NCBI GenBank assembly: GCA_004431415.1
Contig: QPMI01000262.1
Coordinates: 43,823-107,822, forward strand
Length of the DNA stretch: 64,000 nt
Direction: 5' to 3'
DNA from: Cyanophora paradoxa CCMP329
Taxonomy: Eukaryota; Plantae; Glaucophyta
Below are positions 1 through 12,069 of this stretch, in pieces (position 1 is the first letter of the stretch; each line of letters starts with the position of its first letter). The notes below the pieces were generated by a model. It had not been told where the DNA came from. It worked only from the letters and a program-made list of their open reading frames with translations, and searched no databases. A program made the position numbers and the translations under genes.

Positions 1-128
1 ATGGGGCCCGGTGGAGGCGACGGAATGCAGATCATCGGATCGCTAGCTGATAAATGAGATCGATCATCATCATGCCATGGCATGATGGGAGCCTCGATTG
101 CAAGGCTTGTGATGACGATGCGAGATTG

Positions 129-2775
129 CTAGCGGCCAAGGAGGGAGACCTGGGGGCGGGGGCGGGCGTTGGGGGCAGGAGTCGAGGGGCGCGGGGCGCT
201 GAGAGACGGGGCGGGGAGCTGCGAGGGGGCGCTGCGGACCTTGCCGAGGTCGGCGGCGATGCGCCAGCCGCACGCGAAGCCGGAGAAGGCGACGGCGTTG
301 AGGCCCTGGCCGGGGAAGGTGCTGCGGTGGGCCCGCGTGAGGCGCGCCCGGCGCGGGGCGGGGCGGGGCGGGGCGGGGCGGGGCGGGGCGGGCCTGTCTC
401 CGACGCAGTAGAGGTTGGGGATCGGGGTGCGGTTGAAGGGCATCCCCAGGAGGCCCGGCAGCACCTTCGACGGGATCGGCCCGTACGTCCCGTCCGCCCG
501 CCCCAGGTACCGCCGGTGCGTGCGCGGGGAGCCGACCTGCCGGCGAGGCTCGGGGGCGGGGCGCGGGGCGCGGGGCGCGGGGCGCGGGGCGCGGGGCGGG
601 CCTCCTTGAACTCGACGGCGGCGCCGAGGCCCGGGAGGACGCGCTCCAGGCGGGCGATCAGCCGCCCGCGAACTCCTCCTTCGCCCGCTCGTACTCCGCC
701 GGGCCCAGGCCCTGCGCACCCGCCCGCCCCCGGTCACCCCGCCCGCGCCGCGCTGCGCCGGGGTGCGGGGCGGGGCGGGGCGGGACGGGGCGCGCTGGAA
801 GTCGTCGATGGAGGCGGGGGCGAAGGCGTGGACGATGTGGCGGCCCGGGGGCGCGAGGGAGGGGTCGAGGAGGGTGGGGATGGAGACGAAGAGCGTGCCG
901 GTGCCGTCCGTGGCCTCCAGGCGCGCCCAGTCCTCCAGGAGGATGTGGTGGCACTCCGTCCCCGCGGGCAGCGCCTCCGCCCGCACCCCCAGGTGCATCG
1001 ACAGGAAGCTCGGGCTCTTCTCGTACCGGCCCCGCCACCTGCCCCCCGCGCCCCGCCCCCGAGCCTCGGCATCCGGCGCCGCACGGCGGGGCCGGGCCGG
1101 GCGGGGCGGGGCGGACCACTTCTCGGTGATGGGCGTGCGCTCCTCGGGCAGCAGCTTCCCGAACGTGTCCCACCTGCGCCGCCCCCGCCCCCGCCTTCAC
1201 ACGCCGCACAGAGGCGCGCCCCGGGCCGCCCCGGCGCACCGCGTGGCGTTCGAGACGATGCGCTTCCCGCGGAACGTCCGCCCGTCCGCCGTCTCGACGC
1301 CTGCGGCCGCCCCCGCCGCGTCGTCGCGCTGAGGCGGGGGCGGGGCGGGGGCGGGGGCGGGGGCGGACCGACGGCGGCGCCGGCCTCGGTGAGGATGCGG
1401 GTGGCGCGGGAGCGGTAGCGGAGGCGGCCGAGGCCGGTCGCCTCGATGCCGCGGGCGAGCTTGGCGGCGATCTGGCCGACGCCGCCGCGCGGGTAGTTGA
1501 TGCCGCCGAAGTGGCGGTCGGAGAAGACCATGCCGGCGTTGATCATGGGGGTGCGCTCGGCGGGGACGACGCTCCAGCAGTAGCACTCCATGTCGATGAA
1601 GCGGAGCAGCTCCTCGTCGCGGATGTGCTTGCGGGCGATGGCGCCGACGTTGAGGGGCAGGTACTTGACGAGGCCGAGGCAGGCGAGCGGGTGCTCGAAG
1701 AAGACCCGCGCCAGGTACCGCGGCTCCTCCAGCGACAGCAGGTCCATCGCGTTCAGGCAGTTGAACACCGCCCAGCACTCGTCGTAGAACGCCCGGATCC
1801 CCGCCGCTGCCCGACGGTTCGGCGCCGAGGGCGGGGCGGGCGGGGCGGGGCGGGGCGCGCCTTCGTGGGGGAAGCGGGCGGAGAGCTCCGCGATGAACTT
1901 CTCGTAGTCCCGGTGCACCTGCCGCCCCTCACTCAGCGTTGGCGGCCGGCGCTGGGCGCTGGGCGGGGGGCCGGGCGCCTGGATGTCGAGGTCGTTGGGG
2001 AGGTGGTAGTCGATCTGCACGGGGTCCGGGATCGTCTCGATCTTCTCCCCCACCTGTGCACGCCCCGCTCGCTCACGGCCCGGGCGGCGCGCGGGGCGGG
2101 GCCGGGGGCGCACGAGGGCGAGGGCGCGGGTGAGGAGGTTCGTGGTGCCCTTGTCTCCGAACCCGAAGATCATCGAGGCGCCAACATCGAACGTGTAACC
2201 GTCCCGTTCGAAGTACGCCGAGCTCCCCCCGGGCACCACGTAGCTGGCCGATTGGGCGGTGTCGGCGCGCGGCGGGGACAGCGGGGGCGGGGGGCATCAC
2301 CTCTCGAGCACGAGCGTCTTCAGGCCCTTGGCGACGGTTTGGGCCGCTGTCGTGAGCCCGCCGATGCCGGAGCCGATCACAATCACGTCCCAGCCGTCGG
2401 ACTCCACATCCTCAGCAGCGCTCGCGGCGGGGGATTCCGTAGCGAGCGCAGCGGAGGTGAAAGCCGGGCCTGCGGAAGCGCACGCCGTGCAGGTCAGCCC
2501 CGCGCTGTCGGCCCTGAGCACGCGCACGGGCCGCCGAGGAGATTCTTGCACGCGCGCTCACCCTGGAAGGAGCGGGGAGCCCGCTTCCTGCTGGCAGCCA
2601 GCCTATTGGCATGAGCGAGTCCTTCGAACGACCGGAACTGCTGAGCGCGCCGCGCGCCGGGCTGGGCGATGCTCGCCCTGTGAACGCCGCTCGGGCCTTG
2701 AGCGCACCGCGCAGACGTTTCCTGCACCGCCGCGCGTGCGGGGGCCACGACGGGGGGCGCTACTGCGAAGGCCAT
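129..2775 (-). CDS. crtISO: Carotenoid (prolycopene) isomerase CrtH/CRTISO, plastid-targeted, multi-exon
   Basis: Exons join to MAFAVAPPVV (transit peptide)...WDVIVIGSGIGGLT (FAD-binding)...PGGSSAYFERDGYTFDVGASMIFGFG...FIDMECYCWSVVPAERTPMINAGMVFSDRHFGGINYPRGGVGQIA...YCVGD|STFPGQGLNAVAFSG. These are characteristic CrtH/CRTISO motifs. Last exon boundary is approximate. Confidence 0.93.
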
Positions 2776-2890
2776 TCGAACTTTTGTGTAACCCCCCGTG
2801 CAGAGTAAACTGAGAGTTGAAGAAGAGCTGTGCTCCCTTTAACGCATCTCAGGCGCTGCGGATTACAGTGTTCGACGTCTGGTTAAGGAT

Positions 2891-4522
2891 ATGAGCGCGG
2901 GCCCACCGGCATGGCTCGCCGAGGCCCGCAAAGCAGCCGCCAAAGCCGGGCACGCCACCTCGGCCGTAAGCCATTTGGACCTGTCGGGGAAAGGCATCAC
3001 ATCCACAGCGGGCATCGAGGGTGATCCCAAGCAGCCGGCCAAGCGGCCGCACTAGCTAACTTGTTAGCTTTCGGCAGAGTTCCGGAGCGTCGTCGCGCTC
3101 TTCCTATTGGACAATCAGCTCGAGACGTGCGTTAGGCAGCCTGCGGCGCAGCTCTCTGCGTCGAGCGCAATCCTAACGTCCCGAAGGTTGCAAGGATTGC
3201 ATGTCATGACGCGCCTCAAGCACCTTTACATACAAACGAATCTGATACGCTACCTGCGCGGGCTGGAGAACTGCAGGGCGCTTGAGAAACTGTATGCGGT
3301 GCGCGGTTCACGCGCCGTCCCCTCAAGCTCGCGGCACGGCCGACGCCGGAACCCAGAACAACAACTTCATCTCTAGGCTGGAGGGGCTGCAGAACTGCAG
3401 CAGCTTGGTGGTGCGGGGGCGCGGCGCGCGCGCTGTCCTCCGCCCCCGACGCGGCGGCGGCGCAGGAGCTGCACCTCCAGTCGCAACAGATCCCCCCCGG
3501 CGAGCCCTTCAGCTTCGACCCGCTCAGCATCCAGGCCCTCTCCGTGCGCTCCCTGGCGCCCGCGGCGGGGCGGGGGCGGGGGCGGGGGCCGAGGCAGGGC
3601 GCAGGGGAGCCTGACGGTGTTGAACCTCTCGGGGTGCGGCGTGGCGGAGTGCGCGCCGCTCGGCGCCCTGCGCGCCCTCGAGCGCCTCAACCTCTCCTCC
3701 AACGCTCTCGCCTCCTTCGCCGTGCGCCGCGCCCCGCCGCGCCCCGCCGCGCCGCCGGCCGCGCTTTGCCGAGCGCGCGGGGCGGCGCAGGACGTCGCGC
3801 AGATGCTCGAGGGGGCCCGCTCCCTGCAGGCGCCCCTCGCCCCGCCCGCCCCGCCAGGCCCCGCCCGCCCGCCGGGCCGCCGACCGAGCGCCGTGCAGGA
3901 GCTGGACGCGCGCTTCAACCCGGTGGCGGGGCACCGGCGGTGGCGGCGGGAGGCCCTCGGGCGCGGCGCGGCGCTGCGCGTGCTCGACGAGAAGGCCGTG
4001 ACGCCGATGGAGCGGGTGCGTCCCCGCGCACGTGCGGGCTGGCCTTCTGGGTCGAACCGGTGCGCTGCTGCTCCAGGACAACGTGGCCGTGACGACTGCC
4101 CTTCGGCCGGGCCCCATGGACGATCTCGACGCCCTCGACCTCCGCGGCTCCAAAGCCTCCTTCCGCGCCCCCGCCCCGCCCCCGCCGCCCCGCCCAGGGC
4201 CCCGCGCCTCCTTTGGGCCCCCGGAGCCGCGGGCGCCGCCGGCCGCTGCGCACGGGCACGGGCACCCGCCGCAGCACGGGCAGGCGGCGGGGCAGGGGCA
4301 CGCGCCGGGGCACTCGCACGCGCGAGCCGAGGCGGGGCGGCGCTGGCGGTGGAGGCGCGGGCCGCCCCGCTGGACGCCCTCGGCGGCGTCTTCCCCGCCG
4401 ACGCCCACTCCAAGGGCGACCGCGCAGCCGCCCTCGCCGCCCGCAGCGCCAGCGGCGGGCCCCGCCCCGCCCCCGCCCCCTCCAGCCCCCCGCCCCGCCC
4501 CTCCCGCTCCCATCCTGCCTGA
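2891..4522 (+). CDS. Leucine-rich repeat protein, PPP1R42/LRRC67-like (SDS22-type LRR)
   Basis: ATG at 2891: MSAGPPAW...HLDLSGKGIT. Further exons LKHLYIQTNLIRYLRGLENCRALEKLY, NNFISRLEGLQNCSSL, ELHLQSQQIPPGEPFSFDPLSIQALS and ELDARFNPV...LRVLDEKAVT (LRR cap). The PxGExxxFDP segment resembles PPP1R42. 3' end is approximate. Confidence 0.75.
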
Positions 4523-4876
4523 TCGATCGATACCGCCAGCTCAATCGCACAGCCGCGCAGTCCAGTTTCATGATCGAGAGGCGCGCAGAGCAAGGAGCCA
4601 GGAACAACAGCTGTGTGCGGGGTGTTTTCATTGTGGTGCCGGTACTAAGATACACGTCGACGCTCGCGAGGGCTGCCCATGCGGCGCCCACGAACTGCCA
4701 AACTGATCTGTTGCTTGAAAGAGGTCGCGAAAGATCGAAAGGAGGCCGCCGGCTGGCCGAGGACCCGACACGGCCGAGCTGCTGTGGCAGGGAGAGCGCG
4801 GGGCGCGGGGGCCGCGGGCAGCCGGCACAGGGGGGCGGGGCGGGGCGGGGCGAAGGGACGGGGAGGGGGGGCGGGG

Positions 4877-6254
4877 TCACTGGACGAGGTCGCCGGTGTC
4901 CTTGCGGGGCTTGGAGCCCGGGACGAGCTCGCGCACCTCGCAGTTCCCCACCCAGTACTCCCTGCCCGGCGCGCGTGTCGGCGGGTCCGGCGGGGCGGGG
5001 CGGGGCGGGGCGGGGCGGGGCGGGCGGGGCGGGGCGGGGCGGGGCGGGTGCGGACAGGAAGTTGCGGAGGTCCTCGCCGGCGAAGGCGCACTGGAGGATC
5101 TTGATGGGGTCGCCGTGCGAGACGAGGGCCACGCAGCTCGGCGCCGGCAGCTCCGCCTCCAGCCGCGCGATCAGCCGCATCATCCGCTCCTGCACCTGCC
5201 CCGCCCCGCCCCGCCCTCACCTCCCCGCCCGGACACGGCCCGGCGCGGCGCGGCGGGACAGGCGCGCCTCGCAGACGGACTCGGCCCCGGCGAACTTGTT
5301 CGAGGGGTCCTCCCTGTCGGCATCCCACACGTCCTGCGCCCCGCCGAGTCGGCAAGGGCGGGGCGCAGCGGCGCGGCGGGCGCGAGGGGCGGGGCGGGGC
5401 GCACATCGACGGGGAGGCGCTGGCCGGAGGGCCGCCGCTCGAGCACGCTCTGCTTCGGCAGGCCCGTCCCCGCCTTCCCCTGCCCCTGCCCCTTCTCCTT
5501 CTCCGTCGCGTCCGTCGTCGGCCGCCCCGCGTGCTCCCCGCTCTCTTGCGCCCGGATCAGATTGGAGCCCTCGATGTCCCCTGCGTGCCGCGCCGCCGCC
5601 TGGGTCAGCTGCCGAAGCCACGCGCGCGGGCGGGCGAGAAGGCGCGGCGGGCACCGAAGAAGCGCTCGCGGAGCTCCGGGGCGATCATGAACGAGGAGGC
5701 GCGCAGGGTCCCGTTGAGGCCCTCCGCCGTCTCCCGTGCCCGCGTGAAGTCCGACGTCGCCACCACCCACGGCCGCCCCTCAGTCGGGACCGCTTTCAGC
5801 AGCTCGCCCGCCGCGCGCGCTTGCGCGTGGCCCTTCTCTGCAAGAGGGCGCGGCGTCAGGAAACGAGCCGCCCTCCGCGCACTCGGCAGCGAGGGACGCG
5901 GGGACGGCAGCGAGGGATGCGCTCGGCAGCGAGGGGCGCACCTGTGAGACCATACAGAGGCCCACAGCCCTCTTCAACGTTCGAGACGAGGATGCCCGCA
6001 ACGTTGGCCTTTTTCATGCGCGAGAGCGCGACCACATTACGTCAGCGGCGATTGGTGCGCAGGCCACGAACTCGTGGGCATGCGCCTAGGTATGCGCGCC
6101 ATAGCTAGGCATCAATTGCAATGCGCACCTTCGACTGGCCGTGGCGAACTGTAAAGTAGGTGTGGCGCAGCGGCGCGCGCAGGAGCTCGATCGGGTGCTG
6201 GGCGAGGTTCTTGATGATGATCTGCCGCGCTGCAGGAGGCACGATGGGCGCCAT
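4877..6254 (-). CDS. Histidine phosphatase / phosphoglycerate mutase family protein
   Basis: Motifs VRHGQS, SDFTRARETA, ELRERFFGDIEG, AESV, VALVSHGDPI and GNCEVREL across exons. Confidence 0.88.
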
Positions 6255-6780
6255 TTTGTCTGCCGCACGTGCTGCGACAGCGAACGAGAGAGCGCGTTGC
6301 GAACGAAGTAAAGCTCTACCCAAGCGCCAGCAGAGCAATGCGAATTCACATCAGTTACGTTATCGATATCCGGACTCGGTGATGATCGCCGAGTCTGATC
6401 TAGATCTAGATCGCTCTGTGTGGTACTCTAGCTTGTACGTACGCGCGGCTGCGTGCGTACGCGTATTTATTCAGCCTGCAGCTGGCAGACTTTCGATTCG
6501 GCTGCTTGTACGTTTTCGGCTGCGGCTGCTTGTACGTTTTCAAGTTTAATTTTTCAGCGTATGCGCATGCATGCGCATGTGCACGTGCACGTGCATGTGC
6601 AGCGCAGCCGCGCGCTGATCATGATCGATATCATGATCATGAGCTGACCGGATATCCGACCACGGCCGAACGTTCACTACATGTATACATACGCGCGCTC
6701 TACATGTACATCTGGATCGCTATAAACCTCTGATAATAAGCGCCATCTATAGCTGAAGAAGTCATCGGATCGGATCGCGC

Positions 6781-7635
6781 TTAGGCTTTGGGATCGATAT
6801 CCGGGTCGGAGGAGGGGAGGGGCAGCTCGTCGCGGACCGCCTCGAAGAGGATCTGCCCCAGGTGGTCGTAGCCCGCCGGCGTGCAGTGCACCCCGTCCTC
6901 TGCGCGCGCAATGGACGTCGACCATTACGATCCGGGGCCGGCCGCGGTCGCGGAGGGCGCGCGCGCGTGACGGCGCGCGGCTGCAGGGACGGGGGAGCTC
7001 GAGATGGGCAGACGCACGCTCCCACCAGCGGGCCTGGACGGCGTTCGGCTTGACGACGGGCATGTGTGAGGCGAAGTCGACGTAGGGCCACCGCTGCCTC
7101 GCAGCGAGCTCCCGCAGCCTCCTGTTCGCCTCCTGCCGCTCCTCCCGGAAGCCCCCGTCGGACGCCTCCCAGCTCGCCTCGGGGATGTTGATGAGAACGG
7201 GGCGCGCGCCGTGCGCGGCCGCCGCCGTCGCCATCTGCTCCAGCGACGCGAAGATCTCATCCCCCGGCACTTGGGAGAATAGATCGTTCGTTCCTGCCAG
7301 CTCCGTCACCTCAGCTGAACTGCGGCAGCTGCCCGGTGGCCACTGGCCAGCTGCAGTGCATGCGCACCGCCCAGCAGGGAGACCCAGCCGTAGGGCCGCG
7401 AAGCCTTGGCGGCATCCTCGAGGATGCGGGTCAGTCGCGGTACCATGGTTTCCGTCGCCATCTCGCCCGGGATGCCCGCCTCGTCGATGTCGATGGCAGC
7501 GCTCTCGCCGAGCCGTTGCCGCAGCAGCATTGAGAGCCGTTTGATGTAAGGGTGAAATCGCATTCCTCCATCGTGAAAGCCAGCCGTCAACGAATCCCCA
7601 AAGGCGAGCCAGCGCAGCGGGCGAGCCGCCGACAT
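6781..7635 (-). CDS. SGNH/GDSL hydrolase (TesA/lipase GDSL_2-like)
   Basis: Block I FGDSLTAG, block II AGIPGE, block III LG|GTNDL and block V DGVH in three exons. Confidence 0.9.
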
Positions 7636-7849
7636 GGCGCCGACGTGCGACTCGATCGACACCACACCGGCTCAATCAACACGGGACTCAACTGGCTTAG
7701 CTTGAAATCGGCGCAGCGCCGGGGGCGTTCTTGAGAAACGTACGCGAGACCAGCGGCCAAACACTTACCCCCCTGGGCCTCGCCGCCGAGTCGCCAAGCC
7801 CTCGGTTAACCAGCACGAGCCAGCAGCGCCTGCGATTGCGCGGGATCGC

Positions 7850-9592
7850 ATGGAGCTCGCGCTCGTGGGGCAGAGCGCTCCCCGGCGCAGCGCCGTGTCT
7901 GCACGTCGGCGGGGCTCGAGCGACCCGTTCGCGTGCCAGTGCCCAGCAGAGCCAGTGCGGCCACCTGCGGCGTTCTCGATTACGGCTTGGAGCTCGATAC
8001 GTTGGAATGCGGCCCCGCTGGGCCTCGGTGGAGCGCTGCAGCTGCATTCGGCGCTCCGAACGTCCTCACCAATGCAGCGGCAGGCGGGGATTGCGTTTCA
8101 ATGGAAGCTGCTCAGCTCTTCAGGCGTGGGGCGGCCATCGGCGTTCAGGGCGTTGCGAAGAAAGCGGCATACGGGCGCCGCGGTACAGACGACGCCGGCG
8201 CCGACCATGGCGAGCGATGCGCAGCAGAGCAGGCGGCAGACGCGAAAAGAGGTCCCAGAGATCCCCACAGAGCCTCCACCGGGCGCGGCAGACGAGGAGG
8301 AGCCGCTGCGGTGGGGCCCGGGCGAGGAGATCGAGGACTGGTCCCTCGCGGGCGTGCGGCCCGACCTAATGGCCGAGTGGGACCACGAGATCAACTCCGC
8401 CGCCGATCTTAACCCTCTCCTGCTCTTCCCCGGCAGGTGCGCCCCCCTTCAGCTTCGGGGCCCGTCGAACCGCGGGGCCGCCGACCGCTCGCGCGCGCGC
8501 TCCGCAGCGGCAAGCGGGCGGCCTGGGTGTGCACCGAGAACCCCGAGCACCGCTGGTTCGCACGCATCTGCGACCGGAACCGGGGCCGCGGGTGTCCGGA
8601 GTGCGCGAAGGAGCGGCGGGCGGCGGCGGCGCGGCGGAAGGGGCGGGGCGTGGTGAGCGTGGCGGAGTTCGCGCCGGAGCTGCGGGAGGAGTGGGACGCG
8701 GGGGCGAACGGGGACCTCCGGCCTGAGGACGTCCCGGCCATGTCCAGCCGCTCCGTCGCCTGGCGCTGCGCGTGCGCCGGCCCCTCCCCTCCGCGCCCCG
8801 CCCCGCGGCGAGCGGGGCGCGCGGGCGGGCGGGGCGCAGGGAGTGCGGGCACCGGTGGAGGCGCGGGTGTCGAACCGGACGGCGCTGGGGACGGGGTGCC
8901 CGAGCTGCGCGGGGCGCGTGCCCGGGGAGGGCGAGAGCCTCGCCGAGGCCGAGCCGGGCCTTGCCGCCGAGTGGCACCCCCGCCGCAACGCCCCGCTCCG
9001 CCCCGCAGCGCGCCCCGTCCCCTCCCCTCCCGCCCCGCCCCAGAGGGCGCTGCTGATCGCACGGGAGCGCAGGAGGTGCTGCCGGGGTCGGCGCGGGCTG
9101 TGTGGTGGCGGTGCATCGCGTGCGAGCACGAGTGGCGGGCGCGAGTGGCCTCGCGGGCCGGCGAGCAGCGCGCCGGCTGCCCCGCCTGCGCCGGCGCCCT
9201 CCTCACCTCCGACAACTCCCTCGCCGTGCCCGCCCTGCCCCCCCGCCCGGCCCCGCCCCGGGGCCTGCGGCCTGCGATGCGAGGCGGGCGGGGCAGGCGC
9301 TCTTCCCGCACGTGGCGGCCGAGTGGCACGCCGAGCGCAACGGCGACCTCCGGCCCAACGACGTCTTCCCCATGCGCGCCCCGCCCCGCCCCGCCGGCCG
9401 GCACCGCCGCGGCCGCAGCTGAAGGAGCGGGGCGGGGCCGGCAGGACGAACCGGAGCTTCTGGTGGGCGTGCCCACGGTGCGGGCACGAGTACCGGGCGC
9501 GCGCCTCGAGCCGCACCTACGCCGGCTCCGGCTGCCGCCTCTGCGCCGACAAGCGCAAGCGCCTCGACTCGCGCTACTGGCTCCCCGCCTAG
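7850..9592 (+). CDS. Protein with four treble-clef zinc-ribbon (DUF4379-like) repeats
   Basis: Four copies of P.L..EW....N....P..V...S....WW.C..C.H.W.A.V..R....GCP.CA at about 8350-9555. The N-terminal extension is Ser/Ala/Arg-rich. Start is uncertain. Confidence 0.82.
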
Positions 9593-9773
9593 CCCCCCGC
9601 CGCAACGCAACCCCGACCCTTGCCCCGTGCCGCCCATCCTCCCCGTGCCCTGCCCTCGCCGCGCCCCATCCCGCCAGGAGAGTGAAAGAGACGGCTGAAA
9701 GGTGGTATTATGCAGGAGGACCCAAAAAGTCGGGCGCTCGGTCTAGCGCTACCTAGGGGCGAGCCGTGAGAGC

Positions 9774-11503
9774 TCAGTTCTTCTTCGAGGGGACCTGCGC
9801 GCCGGCGGGTCAGGCGGGGCGGCGGCGGGCGGGGCGGGGCGGGCGGACCTTCTTGAGGTAGTCGCCGTCGATCTCGGGGAGGACGTACCGGAGCTGCTTG
9901 ATGCTGTAGCCGAGCGACTTGGCGACGGTGATCCACTTGAAGGGCGAGCCCTCCTCCGCCGCCACGCGCGTCGACGCCGCGCGCTTGGCGATCGCCGTCT
10001 CCGCAGCGCTGCCACCCGCCCTTAGTGAACAGGGCCGCCCGACCGCGGCGAAGCGTGGGCGCGGGCGCGCGCACCGGGGGAAGCCGAGCTTGCGGGCCCA
10101 GTCGGTGCCGTAGCGGGGGGTGGCGAGGCGGAAGGGGGTCTGGCCGATGGCGCGGCCCGAGAGGACGCGGTCACGCTGGAACGGCACGACGAAGTCTGCG
10201 GGGCTGGTTGGGAGGCGCGGCGCCGGCGGGGTGGGGCGACGAGGCGCGGGGGCGCCGGGCCGCCGGCGCACCGCCGAAGTTCTCCATGTACTCCTGCGAG
10301 TCCTGGAGGGCCTGGACGAAGCCAGCGACGCCCTCGTTCACTGCGAGCGCGTCAGCGGCGGCGGCGGGCGGGGGAGCGGGGCGGAGGGGGGCGGACCGAT
10401 GACGATGGACCAGGCGATGCACTCGAGCTCCGAGTAGACGTCGCGGCCGAGCACGCGCTGGATCACGATCTTCGCGAAGCTGCGCCGCCAGGCTCGGCGA
10501 GGGCGCGGCGCGGCGCGGCGAGGGGCCCGCACCGGTAGTTGTTGTTCGGCTGGAAGTTGAGCTCGAGGAAGGCGTTCGAAGTCACCTGCGGCGAGCCGTC
10601 AGGCTCGGACGAGCGCCAGGAGGGCCGGAGACGACGCACGAGGCCGAAGATGAAGTCCTTCACGGTGATCTCGCCGTTGCGGAACTGTCGGCGCGTGTCA
10701 GGCCGGTCGTCTGAATCTGTGCGCGCGGCTGTGGCGGCTATCACCTGGCTCTCGAGCGCCGGCTGCTTGGTGTACTTGATGCTCTGGTGCTACGCGGCGC
10801 AAAGGATATGGCGTCAGCTTTCGCGAGCAGATGACCAGACCTGCCAACCTCGGAGAAGATCTGGCGGTACGCGGCGTAGACGATCTCCTGCAAATGCTCG
10901 TCGTAAACAAAATGAAACAGAAAGCAAACAAATTAACTGGATAGCCAGGCACGCACATCGAGGTCGTCCGGGTTGGTGGTCTTCTCGATGCTGAAGTCCT
11001 TGGCCTTCTCATCGCTGATGGCCTGGCCGATCGCCGCCACACGGTTGTTCTGGCAGTTCGGCTTGTAGGCGATGAGCGGGAGCGCGGCCTTCACCTGCGA
11101 ATGCGCGCGACCATTAATTGGCAACCGCCGCCATAGACGCCCGCGGCGCCGCCGTCCGACTCCGCAATGCTCTCAGTCAACCGACTGATGCTATGCTGGA
11201 TGTAACACCTACGATTCGCCGGAATCCGACGGCCGCGCGAACCTCGAAGGTGCGGGCAGCCTGGAACGAGGCCGCCGGCTGGGCAACCGCCGCGCCGGAA
11301 AGCTCCTTACGGATGCCAGTCGACACAAAGTCGCTCTTCAGGACCCTGCGCGCGGCGCTCCGGCTGGTGAGAGGTCCGTGCCGATGCGTCGCGCGCAAGT
11401 TCCAATCCAGGGCTAAAGCGCTCGGGGGCTGGATTTCGCACTTGGTCGTCGGGGCGACGACGCCGGCCGAGGCGAGAACGGGGGCAGCGGTGACGAACGC
11501 CAT
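9774..11503 (-). CDS. cpcG: Phycobilisome rod-core linker polypeptide CpcG, nuclear-encoded with plastid transit peptide
   Basis: MAFVTAAPV...ARTFE|VKA transit peptide, then ALPLIAYKPNCQNNRV (CpcG N-terminus). Also AAYRQIFSE, LESQ|FRNGEITVKDFIFGL, NNNYR|F....IQRVLGRDVY, AWSIVI, EYMENFG, VPFQRDRVLSGRAIGQTPF..TPRY. Confidence 0.93.
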
Positions 11504-12069
11504 CTTTTCGGCTGCGAACTGAATCCTAGGGGGGGGTAGGGGGAGGGGTATGGCAGATCTTGGACGGGCATCGGCAGCGCTGGCGCGTCGCTCTCTGAGG
11601 CGTTAGCGACAGTGTCATGGGATTGCGTGAGCGACTTTCAGCCACGACGAGTAACTGCCCGCACTTTGTGTGTAACTGCCGGCGCGGGGTAACAGCCCAC
11701 TTCGTTCGCAGCCTGCCCCCCATCCCCTTCCGATCCTGCTTTGCGTCGCGTCACATATCCCGTCAGGCAACCGGCTGACCCAGCAAGCACAGCACACATA
11801 GGAATAGACTTCGTCAGTCGCCAGCAAGACAGATCGGCGCAGGATCGCTGCGAGAAGAGCCGGTACGGTGACGTACGCAAGTGATCGGGACCCCTGACCT
11901 TCGGGCTCCCGATCGGGCGAGACCGGCTCGGCAGAGGACGCCGGCGGGCCTTGAAGACGTCTTGAAGTGAGGACGCGTGCTAGCGCACAGCGCCCGGAGG
12001 AGTACGCCCTAGGCCTGTGGCCGAACCTCGAACCCTCGTCATCGATATCAAGCGCCTCCTCTGGCAGCC

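Noticed and set aside
4990-5050. (GGGGC)n tandem arrays here and throughout as telomeric repeats, satellites or CRISPR
   Set aside because: They lie within introns of protein genes and have no unique spacers or cas genes. They are part of the intron grammar.
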